Shown: positions 50,032 through 62,800 of the stretch, piece by piece
How the letters are laid out: each line of letters opens with the position of its first letter
Numbering within the stretch: position 1 is the first letter of the stretch
Assembly (NCBI GenBank): GCA_964247055.1
Contig: OZ176056.1
Span: 7,812,001-7,876,000, forward strand
Source of the DNA: Paragordius varius
Taxonomy: Eukaryota; Animalia; Nematomorpha
Reading direction: 5' to 3'
Length of the DNA stretch: 64,000 bases
Notes under the pieces: model-generated
Databases searched by the model: none
The model's input: the letters and a program-made list of their open reading frames with translations, nothing else
Told to the model about the DNA's origin: nothing
Position numbers and translations under genes: made by a program

Positions 50032-51975
50032 ATGAATTTTTTGAACCAATTCATCGAGTACGATCAACGCAATGAATGGAACCGACTTTTTGATGAAATT
50101 CAAGAGAAATCAAACTATAATTATAGCGTAAAGATTGCCGAAGCTTCTACTAATCGAGAACGAAATCGTTACACAAATGTCATACCCTATGATCACAATA
50201 GAGTCCGGTTAAATATTACATCTTCTATTTCGTGTCCACAGTTACAAGCTTTAAATACTAACAACATTAGCAACAATGGTAAATTAAATTCAGTAACGCC
50301 ACAAAATAATGTATTGCTCATGAAACGGAACAAAAAATCAAAATGGATTTTTCGTAATAAACATACCAATTTGCTTTCTCGTCGATTTAATAACAATAAT
50401 AATACTGTTAACAAAAATAATGATTTATACTCATGCTCTACGGGTTTATCACGTCCTAACGATTATATCAATGCAAGTTTTTTGCCGCTCAAATTTTGTA
50501 CTTTTGAAGATTCTCCCAAATCACCCAATGCTAATCACAATTACAGTGAAAATTTAATTGAAGGTCAAAGCATAACGACCGATTCGTATATTTTGACCCA
50601 AGGACCATTGGAAAAAACTGTAGCACATTTTTGGCAAATGGTATGGCAATATAAATCATCCATCATAGTTATGCTAAATAAGATTTATGAAGGTAACTCT
50701 GGTAAAATGAAGTGTTTCCCCTACTTTCCTGGATGCTTTGACGATGATTCATGCAAAATGTTTCCGTTCACCACCAATTCTGATGAACAGAATAAGAAAC
50801 CAGATATTTTAGAAATTGATGGATGTAAATTACGCGTTAAACTGCTGGACCGTAAAATATACCCCGATTTTATCATATCTACGTTGGAGATTTTAGATAA
50901 ATCCGCATTAGCTTCGCAAACAAATAGCAGTGCGTGTCGGACCATATTTCATTATCAGTATACGTCATGGCCCGATTTTGGGGTTCCTCGTGATCCCGAT
51001 TCTTTCATACAATTCATGGCAATTGTAAAGAAAAAACAGGCAGATTTGCGCTCTTCACAAATTTTACTCGATAAGGATTCCGAGGGCATCCACATCAGAA
51101 TGAATCTCATTGAAAATAATGGCATTGTCGCTAATTCTCATAAGAATGTGTTATCAAGTACCCATGATCATTTTCAATTCCCTACAGTTGTAACAAAAGA
51201 AACCCCTATAAAACTTTCCAAACATAAGACTACAAAAAAATGTGTACCCACTTCACAAACATTTGATATAAATGATACCATAATTAACAAACCTGGAGGT
51301 AAAATAACAAATAGTAAACTCTCTCCAATCATTATTCACTGTAGTGCTGGTATCGGACGAACTGGTACATTTTGCCTTATAGACTGTGTTCTTCATTTGC
51401 TCAATATTGATATTAGTTTATATGAACGACAAGGAAAAAATTCATTGCGTGAAAATATTGATCATACATTGTTTTACGAAAAAGATACCTCCATTGAATC
51501 ATTATCGCAAAAAAGGAGTGAAAGTTTTACATCAGTAAGCCATGACAATACATATTCCTTAATAGATTACATTATCAAACGACAAAATAACATTGAACGG
51601 CTTAATGATGTGAATATTCCGCTCCTTTTATGCGAAATGCGTAAGTATCGTACAGGTCTTATCCAAACGCCAGATCAATTGCGATTTTGTTACGTTGTTT
51701 TAATACGTATATTGGACTGGTGGATTAGGGAACAAAATCATTCCAACATCGAATATATAGATTCGGAAAGAAATGTATCTTCTGCATTTCCTTGTGACTC
51801 TATCATTAAGGAAAATGACTCATTTTATAAATATAATGATAACTTTCCGTCCTTAACACCAATAACAATTGATACAGAAAACAAAAATAATGTTATTAAA
51901 CTTAATTCGTCAACATATAATCAGAATCGAACTAACACTCCATCCTATAACATTAATATTGAGACTTCTCTATAA
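50032..51975 (+). CDS. PTPN1/2: Non-receptor protein tyrosine phosphatase, PTP1B/TC-PTP (Ptp61F)-like, single coding exon, 647 aa
   Basis: N-terminus resembles PTP1B (FIEYDQRNEWNRLFDEI..NRERNRYTNVIPYDHNRVRL); DYINAS, YILTQGP, HFWQMVW, KCFPYFP, WPDFGVP, IHCSAGIGRTGTF and EMRKYRTGLIQTPDQLRFCY are all intact. Confidence 0.93.
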   Translation: MNFLNQFIEYDQRNEWNRLFDEIQEKSNYNYSVKIAEASTNRERNRYTNVIPYDHNRVRLNITSSISCPQLQALNTNNISNNGKLNSVTPQNNVLLMKRNKKSKWIFRNKHTNLLSRRFNNNNNTVNKNNDLYSCSTGLSRPNDYINASFLPLKFCTFEDSPKSPNANHNYSENLIEGQSITTDSYILTQGPLEKTVAHFWQMVWQYKSSIIVMLNKIYEGNSGKMKCFPYFPGCFDDDSCKMFPFTTNSDEQNKKPDILEIDGCKLRVKLLDRKIYPDFIISTLEILDKSALASQTNSSACRTIFHYQYTSWPDFGVPRDPDSFIQFMAIVKKKQADLRSSQILLDKDSEGIHIRMNLIENNGIVANSHKNVLSSTHDHFQFPTVVTKETPIKLSKHKTTKKCVPTSQTFDINDTIINKPGGKITNSKLSPIIIHCSAGIGRTGTFCLIDCVLHLLNIDISLYERQGKNSLRENIDHTLFYEKDTSIESLSQKRSESFTSVSHDNTYSLIDYIIKRQNNIERLNDVNIPLLLCEMRKYRTGLIQTPDQLRFCYVVLIRILDWWIREQNHSNIEYIDSERNVSSAFPCDSIIKENDSFYKYNDNFPSLTPITIDTENKNNVIKLNSSTYNQNRTNTPSYNINIETSL

Positions 51976-53102
51976 AATTTCTTATGGTTTAATATATGTT
52001 ATATTTATAAAAATTTAAATTGCAATAGTAATAAATATAAAGTTATTTCTAAATTAATTGTTATAGCTTAGACCGGTTCAAAAACGTGTTAATCGCGGTT
52101 CTTATGCTAACAGCGCCTGTTTGTTTCTTACTGAGTAGGATGAGTGATACTCGAATCGCGGCCCTAAAGGTGCTTTATTATATCCCTGAATTATTTATTT
52201 TCACTATAAATATCTGCTAATGTTCTAACAATGAAATTTTTTTATCGGTACTATATGGTTCAACCCTTGGGAGATATGCGTAAGGTTAATATATAAAATT
52301 TACTTAGCACTATATATACCTTTATACATGCTAATAATTTATGTATAAAATTTTTTAACATAAAAAAACCTAGAAGCGGCCAAAGATAATTAGCACTTTA
52401 TTATCTTTTGTAGTAGTTTTATATACCTACAGGGAGTTTAAATTTGAATTTATTTTATGCCAGGTATGTTAGAGTATAGGCTACTGATGTTGACAAAACG
52501 CACCCATGTAAACAATTAAACCACAGTGGTAGACCTTTATATTGAAGTTTAGGCTGCGTCCAAAGTTGGTAAAAATATATGATGAAAAAATATATATATG
52601 TATTCTAATAGGAAAATGCTCTATCATGTAGCTATTGGGCCCTTACGCGTAATATAAGAAAATTACTATCACTTTTGTAACTGCCCCATATTGGCAAAAC
52701 TTGCACGTATTTTTATAAACATTTTTTTAGTAGAGCTATATGCTTCATTCCAAAAAATATCAGTATAATATACATATGAAAAGCAAAACTATAGTTTTAA
52801 AAAATTTAATTTTTGTATATTGGCTCAGAAAGTTCCAATTTATTTCGCTCTTCTAAAATGGGCTAGTTATCTTAGATAAATTGCGAAAATGCCTGGTAAT
52901 ATTTTTTAAAAAATGCATCCCATTTTTATTTAATTTTTAGCAAAATGTTTAAGCGAACTTCATACAAATTTGCATGATCGAAATGCTCTAAAAACGCTTT
53001 AATATATATAAAAACACTTTTCTATATAATTCGATGACACTGAATCGCTTTTTCAGATTTGAATTAAATTTCGATGAATTTTTGAAAAATAAACAATTTT
53101 TA

Positions 53103-55112
53103 TCTATTTATTTATAAAAATGGAAAAGGCGGCTTTGTGATCTGTTTCCGGAAAACCAGTAGACCCACTCAAATCCAAATTTCGAAAAAATATAATCATT
53201 AATGAATGCCCCGGCAACAGCTTCGCCCTTTTTTGAATTAGGCCCCCAGTTCGGGCCCACCCCGTTTAAAAAACGGGTTTTTGAAGTCCACAAAAATCGT
53301 GTCTTTGAGACAATTTTCCGGAAAATGTGTTGGATCATTCGATTTCAAATATAATTTTTTTTACTTGTTTTCCATTGCGCCGATCATATTCGGCTCGCTT
53401 TTTTAATTTAGGCCCTCTTTTTACCGTTCCCCCCGTAAAATGCTATTTTTCAAAAAAACTAAGTCCACAAAAATAATTTTTTAAATCTATTCGCCCAGGG
53501 TATGAGATTGTAAAAATCTAATGAGGATTCCAGGTATTTACTGTTGAAGGCAAAAATTTTGGTCGTGCGTTTTTAATATTGGCTGCTGGGTAAGGAGATA
53601 CCCGCTAACCTCGTCACATCGAAATATCGTGGCTTTGGGGCTAAATTTCAGAAACCTATCAGCCCGTATGAGTTCCATAGGTGTTTGCAGTATTACCCAT
53701 AAGGCAAACGTACGATTTTTTAAAAATAGCCGTTAATTAGGCCCTTCACGCCTTTAAAAATACGCTACTATTGATTTTTAGTTTTGAGGCAATTTTTCCA
53801 AAAACTAACGAGAACATATGGAATCAATAATAATTCCAGGTATTCTCCGTAGCAAAAATTTTAATCAAGTGCTTTTTTGTGTCAGCCTTTAGGTAGGGAG
53901 CTACTTGCCTAAAACTGTGCCATCATATGGATATTGCGTTGTTTAGGACTTAATTTTCAAAAAACATATTAGCATATAAGTTTAATAAGGGCCTAAAATA
54001 TAAAAAGACAACAATTTAAGTCGAGCGATTTTTAATCAGCCTTTAATTATCCCCTTTGAGCCCTAAAAAATGCGCCATCATCGAACTATTAATTATTGGA
54101 GTCATTCATCCAATAACTACTAAGAACAGGAATAATTGATAATTCCAGGTATTCTCCTATAAAGGCAAAATTTTTTATCGAACGTCTTTTTTATATTGGC
54201 CTGGGCTACCTGCCAACAATTGCGCCACCATATCGATACAGTATGACTTTGGAGGCAAATTTTAGAAAACCTATGAGACTAATAGGAAAAAGAATCCATG
54301 ATAATTCCAGATATTCCCCACATAAAAACAAAAATTTTGCCCAACGTTTTTTTATACCTGACGAGCTACCCGCCAAAAACTGTGCCACTCTATAAAGTTG
54401 CGTTGTTTAGGAGCTAATTTACAAAAAAATTTATGAAGCCATATGAGTTCTTAAAAACTTGAAATATTACCCGTAACTAGCTAAAAATATAAGGTCAGGC
54501 GTTTTTTTATTAGCCATTAATATGGGGCCTTTATGCCCTAAAAATACGCCATCATATAATTATTTAGTGTTGAGGTATTTTTTCGAATAACCCGTGAGAC
54601 GATTGTATCAAAGATGATTCCAAATATTTGCCCTATAATAGCAAAGAATTAAATGAGCTCTTTTTCCATATAGGTCTATGGGTAGGGGTCTACCGGTTTA
54701 GGGCGCCATATATAAATGGCGTGGTTTTGGAGCTAATTTTCAAAAAACTTAAGGAGCCATACGAGTTCAATTAAACCTATTTCTGGGGAATTTATCTAAT
54801 ATCATTCTTTCTTTTAAAAAGGGACCACAAATGATTTACCCTTGATCCCGGCTGTGTGAAGACAATTCAAAATAAAACTTTAACCATGATTTCGTAAAAC
54901 TAAAATCTTAAAATAAATCCAATGATAGTTGAATATTAACTTTAATAAGTCACAGTTTAAATATGGTCAATATCGATTAAACAATATTTGAGCTATGCAA
55001 AAACCCGTAAAAGACTAATTAAAGACATTCTTTTTATTTATATGTTTTTTATTATTATTTCATCTCCATTACCTCTATTTATGCAAAATATATATCGGTG
55101 AGACTACCTCAC
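53103..55112 (+). mobile_element. Non-autonomous Helitron (copy 3, 3' terminus truncated)
   Basis: a|TCTATTTATTTATAAAAATGG start; reverse-complement match to 35678-38018 along its length; sequence diverges after ATCGGTGAGACTAC at about 55107, before the CTAG. Confidence 0.75.
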
Positions 55113-55439
55113 AGCAAATGTTTAGCATTAAAAAATTGACAAGTATTGTTATATATTTAAAGCGATATGTTTCATGCCTCATAATATGAAGTACACTATG
55201 TTTGTTAAAAATAATATTTTTGAAAATGCATCTTAGAAATAATTTTAGTTGATATCAAAATTTAGCGCATATGCCAATTTTTTTATCCAGCAACGGCATT
55301 TTAGCGTTTATTTTAATGGAACTGGCCCATATTAAAAAGTTTAAATTTTTAAAAATATTAATTTCTTTGAGGTATAATTTGGTGATTTGAATGATATTTT
55401 TAAAACTAGCTTCTTTCCCAACGTTGCACGAGGCAGAAA

Positions 55440-55790
55440 TTTACTTTGCCTAAATAGACCTTCCCCGATCTCAAAGAAGTTATTTAAAAAAGTTATTGAT
55501 TTTAAAATTAGTATGTATAGGGAATGACCACTTTGGATTTATGCGCGAATAGGCTACGGATCCAATCCATGTAGTGAGAAGATTATGAAAAATATTTGGA
55601 AAAGATAAATGGTTTCTATGCATTCGATAGATATTGTCAAATCCTTGGATGAAATTTCTATGGTTTATCAGAAAAAGAATATCAGTCAATAATATCCTAT
55701 TATTGCATTCCATGTTAGCTCTGATGGTTTCTGATGGTTTTGAATTAACATAGAACAAGGATTTGCTCTATATTATTTGAATCGATGAGT
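55440..55790 (+). mobile_element. Decayed RTE-clade LINE reverse transcriptase fragment
   Basis: NRPSPISKKLFKKVIDFKI, then HFGFMRE*ATDPIHVVRRL*KIFGKDK, matching NYRPI.LLS..KLFEKVID.R and QFGFM..RST.DAIH.VR.L.EK of non-LTR RTs; stops and frameshifts present. Confidence 0.7.
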
Positions 55791-55958
55791 TTTTGATTAA
55801 GGTTTAAGGATTAAGTAATGAAGAACTCTTATGTATGCAGAGATATTAATATCTATTTGAAAATAATAAATTTTTTGATTTAACGGTAATAAAATTAACA
55901 TTTATTGTAACCTCCTAATTTTAATCATCACATTAATCCTATAATATTGAGTTTAAAT

Positions 55959-57002
55959 CAGTGGTACTCATCAAAAAAATTTGACGGGCCAAATAAAATA
56001 TATTTTTTTTTCGAGGGCCATGAACCTTATAATGGCAAATATCCAAGAGCTATTTGACAAATATGCACATATTTATACTCTAAATCAGCACGAATTTTTT
56101 GCGTATCGCATGATTCAACTAAAAATCATTTTGCACCATTTAGCTTAAAAAATTAAAATTTGATATTAACCAATAACAAGCCAATCTTAATGCGTCGTAG
56201 ACATTCTTTTATTAGTTGGAAATTAGTAAACGTCATATTTTTTCCTAAAATATAGCAAATTTCATACGCTAATGTTAAAGCTTTCTCCTGAGAACTATGG
56301 ACTTAGTAGATTTTTCCTATAATTCCTTAATCTATTTATAATTTTCGTTTTCCTCATGATTTTCGGGTAATTTATGATGGATTGTAAAATGTCTTTTAAT
56401 ATTTTTTTATAATTATGTTGGCCTTACATATATGGCAGGTAACGACATTTTTATTTTGAACGACAAAGAATTTTTCTTCACATTCTTTTTTTTAGAAGCG
56501 ATTTTCATCGGGTAATTTACGTTTTTTAATTAGATGTCATCCTTTGAATTTATGTTCAAATATTATGTAGATTTTTTCAAAAAATTAGGAATATAATTTA
56601 AATTATGATATAAAAAACAGGTCGAAATTTAATGATGTTATTTTGAAAAATTTATGGGAACGAGTTATAAAAAATGATGCAGGATAGTATTGAAAAAAAT
56701 ATGTATATGGAAGTTTGAGTGAAATGCTTGCTTAAATACAAAAAAGTAAGGCAATAAAAATGTCAAAATAGAAAAGAAAATAGAATACAGAAACATGTGC
56801 CAAAATTTTGAAATCATTCTAATGTAAGGAAATTTTTCCACATTCAAATTGGGTAAAAAATAAAAACTACGAAAATTCGTTTATGTGTATCCTAAAATAT
56901 CATCAATAAAAAAATAATATAAGTATAAATATGGTTATAGGGCAACTTTAAAGCACTCTAAGGGCCGCATGCGGCCCGCGGGCCGAGGTTTGAGTATCAC
57001 TG
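55959..57002 (-). mobile_element. Internally deleted hAT (Buster/Charlie-like) element with 8-bp TSD
   Basis: TIRs CAGTGGTACTCA / TGAGTATCACTG; TSD GTTTAAAT at 55951-55958 and 57003-57010; subterminal GCGGCCCGCGGGCC. Minus-strand relic FFVVQNKNVVTCHICKANIIIKNIKRHFTIHH resembles the N-terminal zinc finger of Charlie/SPIN-type transposases. Confidence 0.85.
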
Positions 57003-57062
57003 GTTTAAATTGATTAATAACTAAATATTAGTTAAATCAATGAAAACATATTTGATAGTGTT

Positions 57063-59805
57063 TTAGTAGGAATGCATTGGTCTAACATATAATTTATATT
57101 GATTATTAATGATTTCGACACGATCTCCAGCCGACAGATGCAATTTTCTGCAAGAATCTGCTCCACATTGGAATGTTGATTGGTAATTTAATCTGGCATT
57201 ATACACTGTCATTCTCGTGCTATATTGATATGGTAATAGGTAGGATTTAATTTGATCCCATGTGCTTACACTATTGTTCCATTCAATATCTAAAATAGTA
57301 AATATATTATTTTAATATAGGGATAAAATAGTCATCTTAAATGTTGTGTTAATTAAGCACCATAGATGGTAAAATTGTTAAGTCATTATAATAACATACT
57401 AGCTTTTTTTACAAAATATTTTTATCTTAATTTCATAATGAATGCTAAAATTTGCATTCTCAGCTGTGACCATCAAAAAAATTTATGGAGGAGTCTAAAA
57501 TGAATTTGCGTTTTGAATATATATAAGATGTTCATGAATATTGTATTAAAAATTAACTATTATCATTATTTTATATATTGTTTTCTAATTTTGCGAATAA
57601 ACCATTAATTAACCCTAGAAAAAAGATACTTTTAATACATAAACTATTTTAATTATATTTTTGGGTAAATAAATACCACCGATTTTGTGTACAATCTAAT
57701 TACTTTGTTAAAGATATATTAAAAAAAAGGGATATTATCTTATCTTTTACTGACCATTTTTATAGCTAATATTATCTTAAACCTCTGGGCATTATATGAA
57801 ACCTTAAAAAATACTTTTAGAATTGGTTTTGCACTCTTGTGGTTCCAATTCGATCTTGTGGATAGAATTTGCCTTTTTGAGATAAAGCATGCTATGTTTG
57901 GATATTTCTGATTTTGGGCCAGTTATTACCATTTTATTTTTGTCCATGTAAGCATCTAATTTGGTCAAATATTCCAATGAAGACCCCAAAAACTCAGTCT
58001 CTCCAACAGGCCAGCCAAGTGTTGAAAAACTTACGATTTCTTCGCAAGTATAATAACGCCTCACACTTTTGGCTATAAAAAATATGTGCAGTAACTGTTT
58101 TTTATGATAAATAAATATATATTATATTATGCTACATCAATATAATTGTTTCTAAAAAAGTGTTCAATTTTTTATATGACTAGATGGAAGATTTTTGGTT
58201 CAACAAGCCATATTCTTTTTTGATAGATGGCGTCTTTATTATTTAAATTATAATTAAAAAAATATTTTATTATTGTTTCAAAAATATTAATATTTACTTT
58301 TTAGCTCAGATGTTAACTGTTTTGGCGCGGAAAAATTATGAAGAATGCTGGGAAAAATAGAAAACGCTATTTAATACTTTCCTAAGCGACTAAAAAGCCC
58401 TAAAACAAAAAACCCAATAGAGACACCAGCTATTTTATTTTATAATGCTTTGCTAAAAAAATCAATTTTTTAGTTATATATTGGATCCGTTTGTTATTGT
58501 CGTGTCCAAAAGATAAAATAAAATAATTATTCAAAGTTCTTTAAAGAATTTCTTGGCAAAAACAGTTAATACCGCAATATTGAAAATTTGTCTCACACCA
58601 TATGTTATTTGCAATTACAAAAATTATTAATAAAACTTACATGTAACAATCTTATTCATTGCAGAACTAATTCCTTCTGTGTCCCATATTTCTATAAATG
58701 TATTAATATGGATATAATCAAGAATTTTAATTAAATACAAAAATGATATACCGATTGGCTTAATAAATGTGGTCAAGTAATGTATATTATTCACGTAGAG
58801 GTACAATTTGGTTTCTCTGGTCACAGTTCTATTGATTTTAATTGAATATTTGGATCTTTGTAAAATTGAACCATCATCACTCGTTAAAAGAAATTGACAA
58901 TTTTTGGCCAAATTTTGGTCTTCAAACAAAGTGGAACAATCTTGTTGAAAAATGTATTGTCCTCTGTACGCCACATAAGTAGTTGACCAATTGCTTACGA
59001 CGATGAACACTTTGAGTTTTTTGCCATTTATTGTTATGTTTAAGTATCCAGCATTATCGTAAACCCCGACTAGGGTAAATATTAATATTGTTTTGTTTGT
59101 CACTTTGAATGGAACTGGTTTTCCATTATTCGCAATTAGTTGAATGTTTAGATGAGTTTTATCTTTATTATCCATTTGCCAATAATCTTTTAAATCAAGT
59201 TCCCGCTCTGAAACATGATTAATTTGTATCCATCTTGTCTGAGCATATTCTAGTTAAAAAAATAAACAATTTGTATAGGAAAGTGTAAATAGGCTTAACC
59301 TATACAAATTAATATTAAGTGATATAAAGCTAATGAATGCTTTAATATTGACAGATTTATATATTTTATACTACCATTTATGTCTTATTAAAATAAAGAG
59401 CAAGATGTAAAATATACAGTTTAATCCCATATCAAAGCGACATGTTAATGTTTGATTAACATTAACGCTTACTGATTCACAGAACAAATCTCTAATATAA
59501 TTACCATCTATAGAAATATTTCCATGCCTTATTATGACGCCATTTCGAGTAACGGAATAAGGGCCATCAACCAGGTTAAGTTTGGGTGTTATTCCTTGAT
59601 TAAGGAAATGGGTATAATTAACATTTATGTAAGAAAATGTTTTGTAAGCAAATTTGACAGTTATGTTAGCGTTTCCTTTGTACTCATCCACTAGTTGATT
59701 GTAAAATTGTTTGTGAAACCTAACCGTAAGATCTTTGGGAACGGGAAGTTTTTGGGCTAATACACTTTGGCACCCAAATACAAGTAAAATAATTGGTAAA
59801 AACAT
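57063..59805 (-). CDS. Secreted, N-glycosylation-site-rich protein of unknown family (6 exons, about 476 aa)
   Basis: Exons 59805-59418, 59383-59375, 59249-58752, 58691-58641, 58072-57815, 57289-57063; all junctions GT-AG phase 1, total 1431 nt open. Signal-peptide-like MFLPIILLVFGCQSVLA; sequons NIT, NYT, NIS, NQT, NKT, NWS, NRT, NNS. Confidence 0.7.
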
Positions 59806-62800
59806 AACTTGGAAAACTAAAAAATTAAATATGATTAATATGATATTTTTGGTTTATATAGACTGTATTTTCAAAAAAATATTTACATCATTTTTGTCAC
59901 CTATGATATTTTTGCTAGGAGATAAAATAAATATTATTGAAATTTTGTCCGCTAAACCATTAAAAATTATTAAATAAATATTATTGATAACATATAGTTT
60001 GAGCTTTTAGTTTTTTTTCTACCTTTTCACAATTCGTAAAAACATTTTAGGTTAGACAAATAACAAAAATGTCAATAATAAATGTACCCAATGCATTTTT
60101 CCAAACCATGTCAATATTTACATATTGTCATAACATCCCCGTAATACTTTTATCGCCAAATCAAAGTGCGTAATTGAAAAAATACATAATTTTATAATAA
60201 AAAACAACCCCATAAAGTGGAAAAATTATTAACATCATCTCATTGACCATATAAAATATTATATTAGTAGGGTGTTATGTATCCCAAAAATTCAATTAGG
60301 TATTATATAATAAAGAGTACTCAATTATAAAATATCATACCTTATATTTTATGTATAAACAAGGCACATTTAGCATTCATCGTGATTATATATAGTAAAG
60401 TATATCAGGACCATTTTGGTGTTCGGGATAACGTTTGATACAAGAAAATTTTGTCACTTTTATGATAATTTATCGATATCAAAAAATCGCAAATTGGTGC
60501 ATCTTATAAAAAAAATTTGGTGAAAACTAAATGCTTCGTTTCGAAAAACATTGATTTGTCCAACCTATATTCGAAATTACCATTATTTATTAAAATTTAT
60601 TGGAGGTTGCCGAAATTCTCACATTTTTGCCCCTTCTAAAATGGTTTATTTTTTAAAATAATTTCAAAATTGCTGAGATTGCGCGATAATATGTTTGTAT
60701 ATATGGCAAATTATGATTAAATTATTAAATTTTTTAAATACATTCTTTCCTTAAAAAATTAAATTTGGGCAAAAAATAGATGAAGCCCATGGTAAATTTT
60801 CCGAATAAGAGAACCTTGTTTTCTGCTTGTTTTTACAGTCCTCTGTTAAAAATTTTAATTAAGTATTAATAAATGCCCACTTACAGATCTTTTGAGATAA
60901 AAATGTCTGCCTAGAAGCCATTTGTGTTGGCCATTCTGCTTATAAATCCTAAAACTTTTTTCTAAATCATTCGATGATGTACATTTTACCTCATGAAGAT
61001 TAAAAGTATGTTAGTCTATGTTTAGGTAAATTATATGTTGTCATTATTTTGCAAAAAATACCCATTTTTTTTAATAACAAAATCTGAAGCGGTAGAAATA
61101 GTATGTATCATCAAAAAATATAGACAATATATTTTAAAGGTTTTTATACCCTTTGTACATGTTAAAACAATTTATTCTAAAATATAAATATCAAAGCATA
61201 TGGCTTTTTAAAAAAATTTATTAAATAATTTTATCAAGCAATCATTGCATTTTCGCATTTTTTAGAAAATAGCCCATTTTATATAGAGCAAACGGGATTT
61301 TCGGATCAAGTCTGAAATAAATTTGAATTAAATAATGCTTTATAATTAAGGAGTAGTTAATTATTTCTTGGAATGAAACATTTAGCGTTTCCTTAAAAAT
61401 ACCACAAAAGTGAAATTACCTTCTTTAATCACTCCTAATCAAAACCAAAACCAAATATGGTATTTTTATCTGTTAGAATATAATCGTCCAGATATTTATA
61501 TCGCCTCAATTTTTGACTGTGTATATCAAACACAATGCTATAAAATTAGATAGTATTTTAACACAAACAATCTGATTGGTTATATTTTTTAATCAATACA
61601 ATGTTATAAACCTACAAAAAATAATTACCGAAATATCAATTTTTCAGTTAATTTAATTCTTAGATGATTAAGATTTGTAAGGAGCAGAACTTAAACTTGT
61701 TAACTGTTTGGTTTGTTTAAAATTTACTACTCTTGATAAAGCTTAATGTTTACAGTATATAATTCTTAAAATTGAAACAACTCTATCCAAATAAATTAAA
61801 CTACTATTTTTAAATTCAATAAAGTTTGTTACTGTAAAAAAGTAAGATAACTATTAAAGTTGATCAATTTCAAACCATAATAAACATTTTATTTTCCTGT
61901 TGTATTAATTCAAAAAATCCAAAAAAAGTATGGTGGCGAATAGATGAAAAAATAATTTTACATTTAATTAAAATCATGCTAACAGGGTCTGGTTATGATA
62001 TTGTGTTGATAGAATCTATGTGGAAAAACACTTAATTTAATCTAAACAAGAATAACAACCATTACCTTTAGGGTAGTTTTATATCCCAACCGATTTGTAA
62101 TTTATATATCTTAAAAAGTATTTTACCTATTAAGCCGAATATGAAAATATGCTTTCTTGTGTCTTTTACGCGCATCATACAAGATTTTTTTCAAAAAAAC
62201 GTATTGTAAAATATCCATATCTCAAATTTTTTCGCCATTTTTTTATTTTTTTAAATGGCTAATGAAACAAAGAAAGTATAATGTATAATATGTTTATGTT
62301 AATGATTATCTTAAAAATTTTAACTACAGCAAAAACTTGATATATTTTGATTTTAATATCAGCAGTTCTCAATCGTATCGGAGTGTCCCATTTTTAGACT
62401 CCCAAACTGTGATAAGCTTTTTTATATACATGATATAGATACTTTAGAAACTCTAGTTTATTTACAAAATTGAGCTCCAGGATATAACTACCCCAAATGT
62501 AATCTAGGACAAAAAAAGGTAATTAAATTTTATACTGTCATAACTAAAGTGATATGCACTTGATAATATTGGTTAATTTAAATTTTTTGCCAGTTAAGCA
62601 ATGTATTAAATATAAATTCTTGGCCAAAGGTTTTTATGTCGAAATACTTTATTGATAAAAGGTTCTTAAAGGCCTTATAATGCATTTTTATAAATTTGAT
62701 CAATATGATAGAGTTAATGGCTGAAATTGTCCGGGATAATAAACTAACAAGTATATAAAATAGTTAGCTTAATAACTGTTGAATATTATATTTTGCACCT

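Noticed and set aside
55480-55758. 92-aa minus-strand ORF as a gene exon
   Set aside because: It is the antisense frame of a decayed RTE reverse transcriptase on the plus strand.
60800-61010. Possible minus-strand exon ending in a GTAAGT donor at about 60873 with a 41-nt intron
   Set aside because: No convincing acceptor or start, the downstream frame closes quickly, and there are no recognisable motifs. Not supportable without RNA data.
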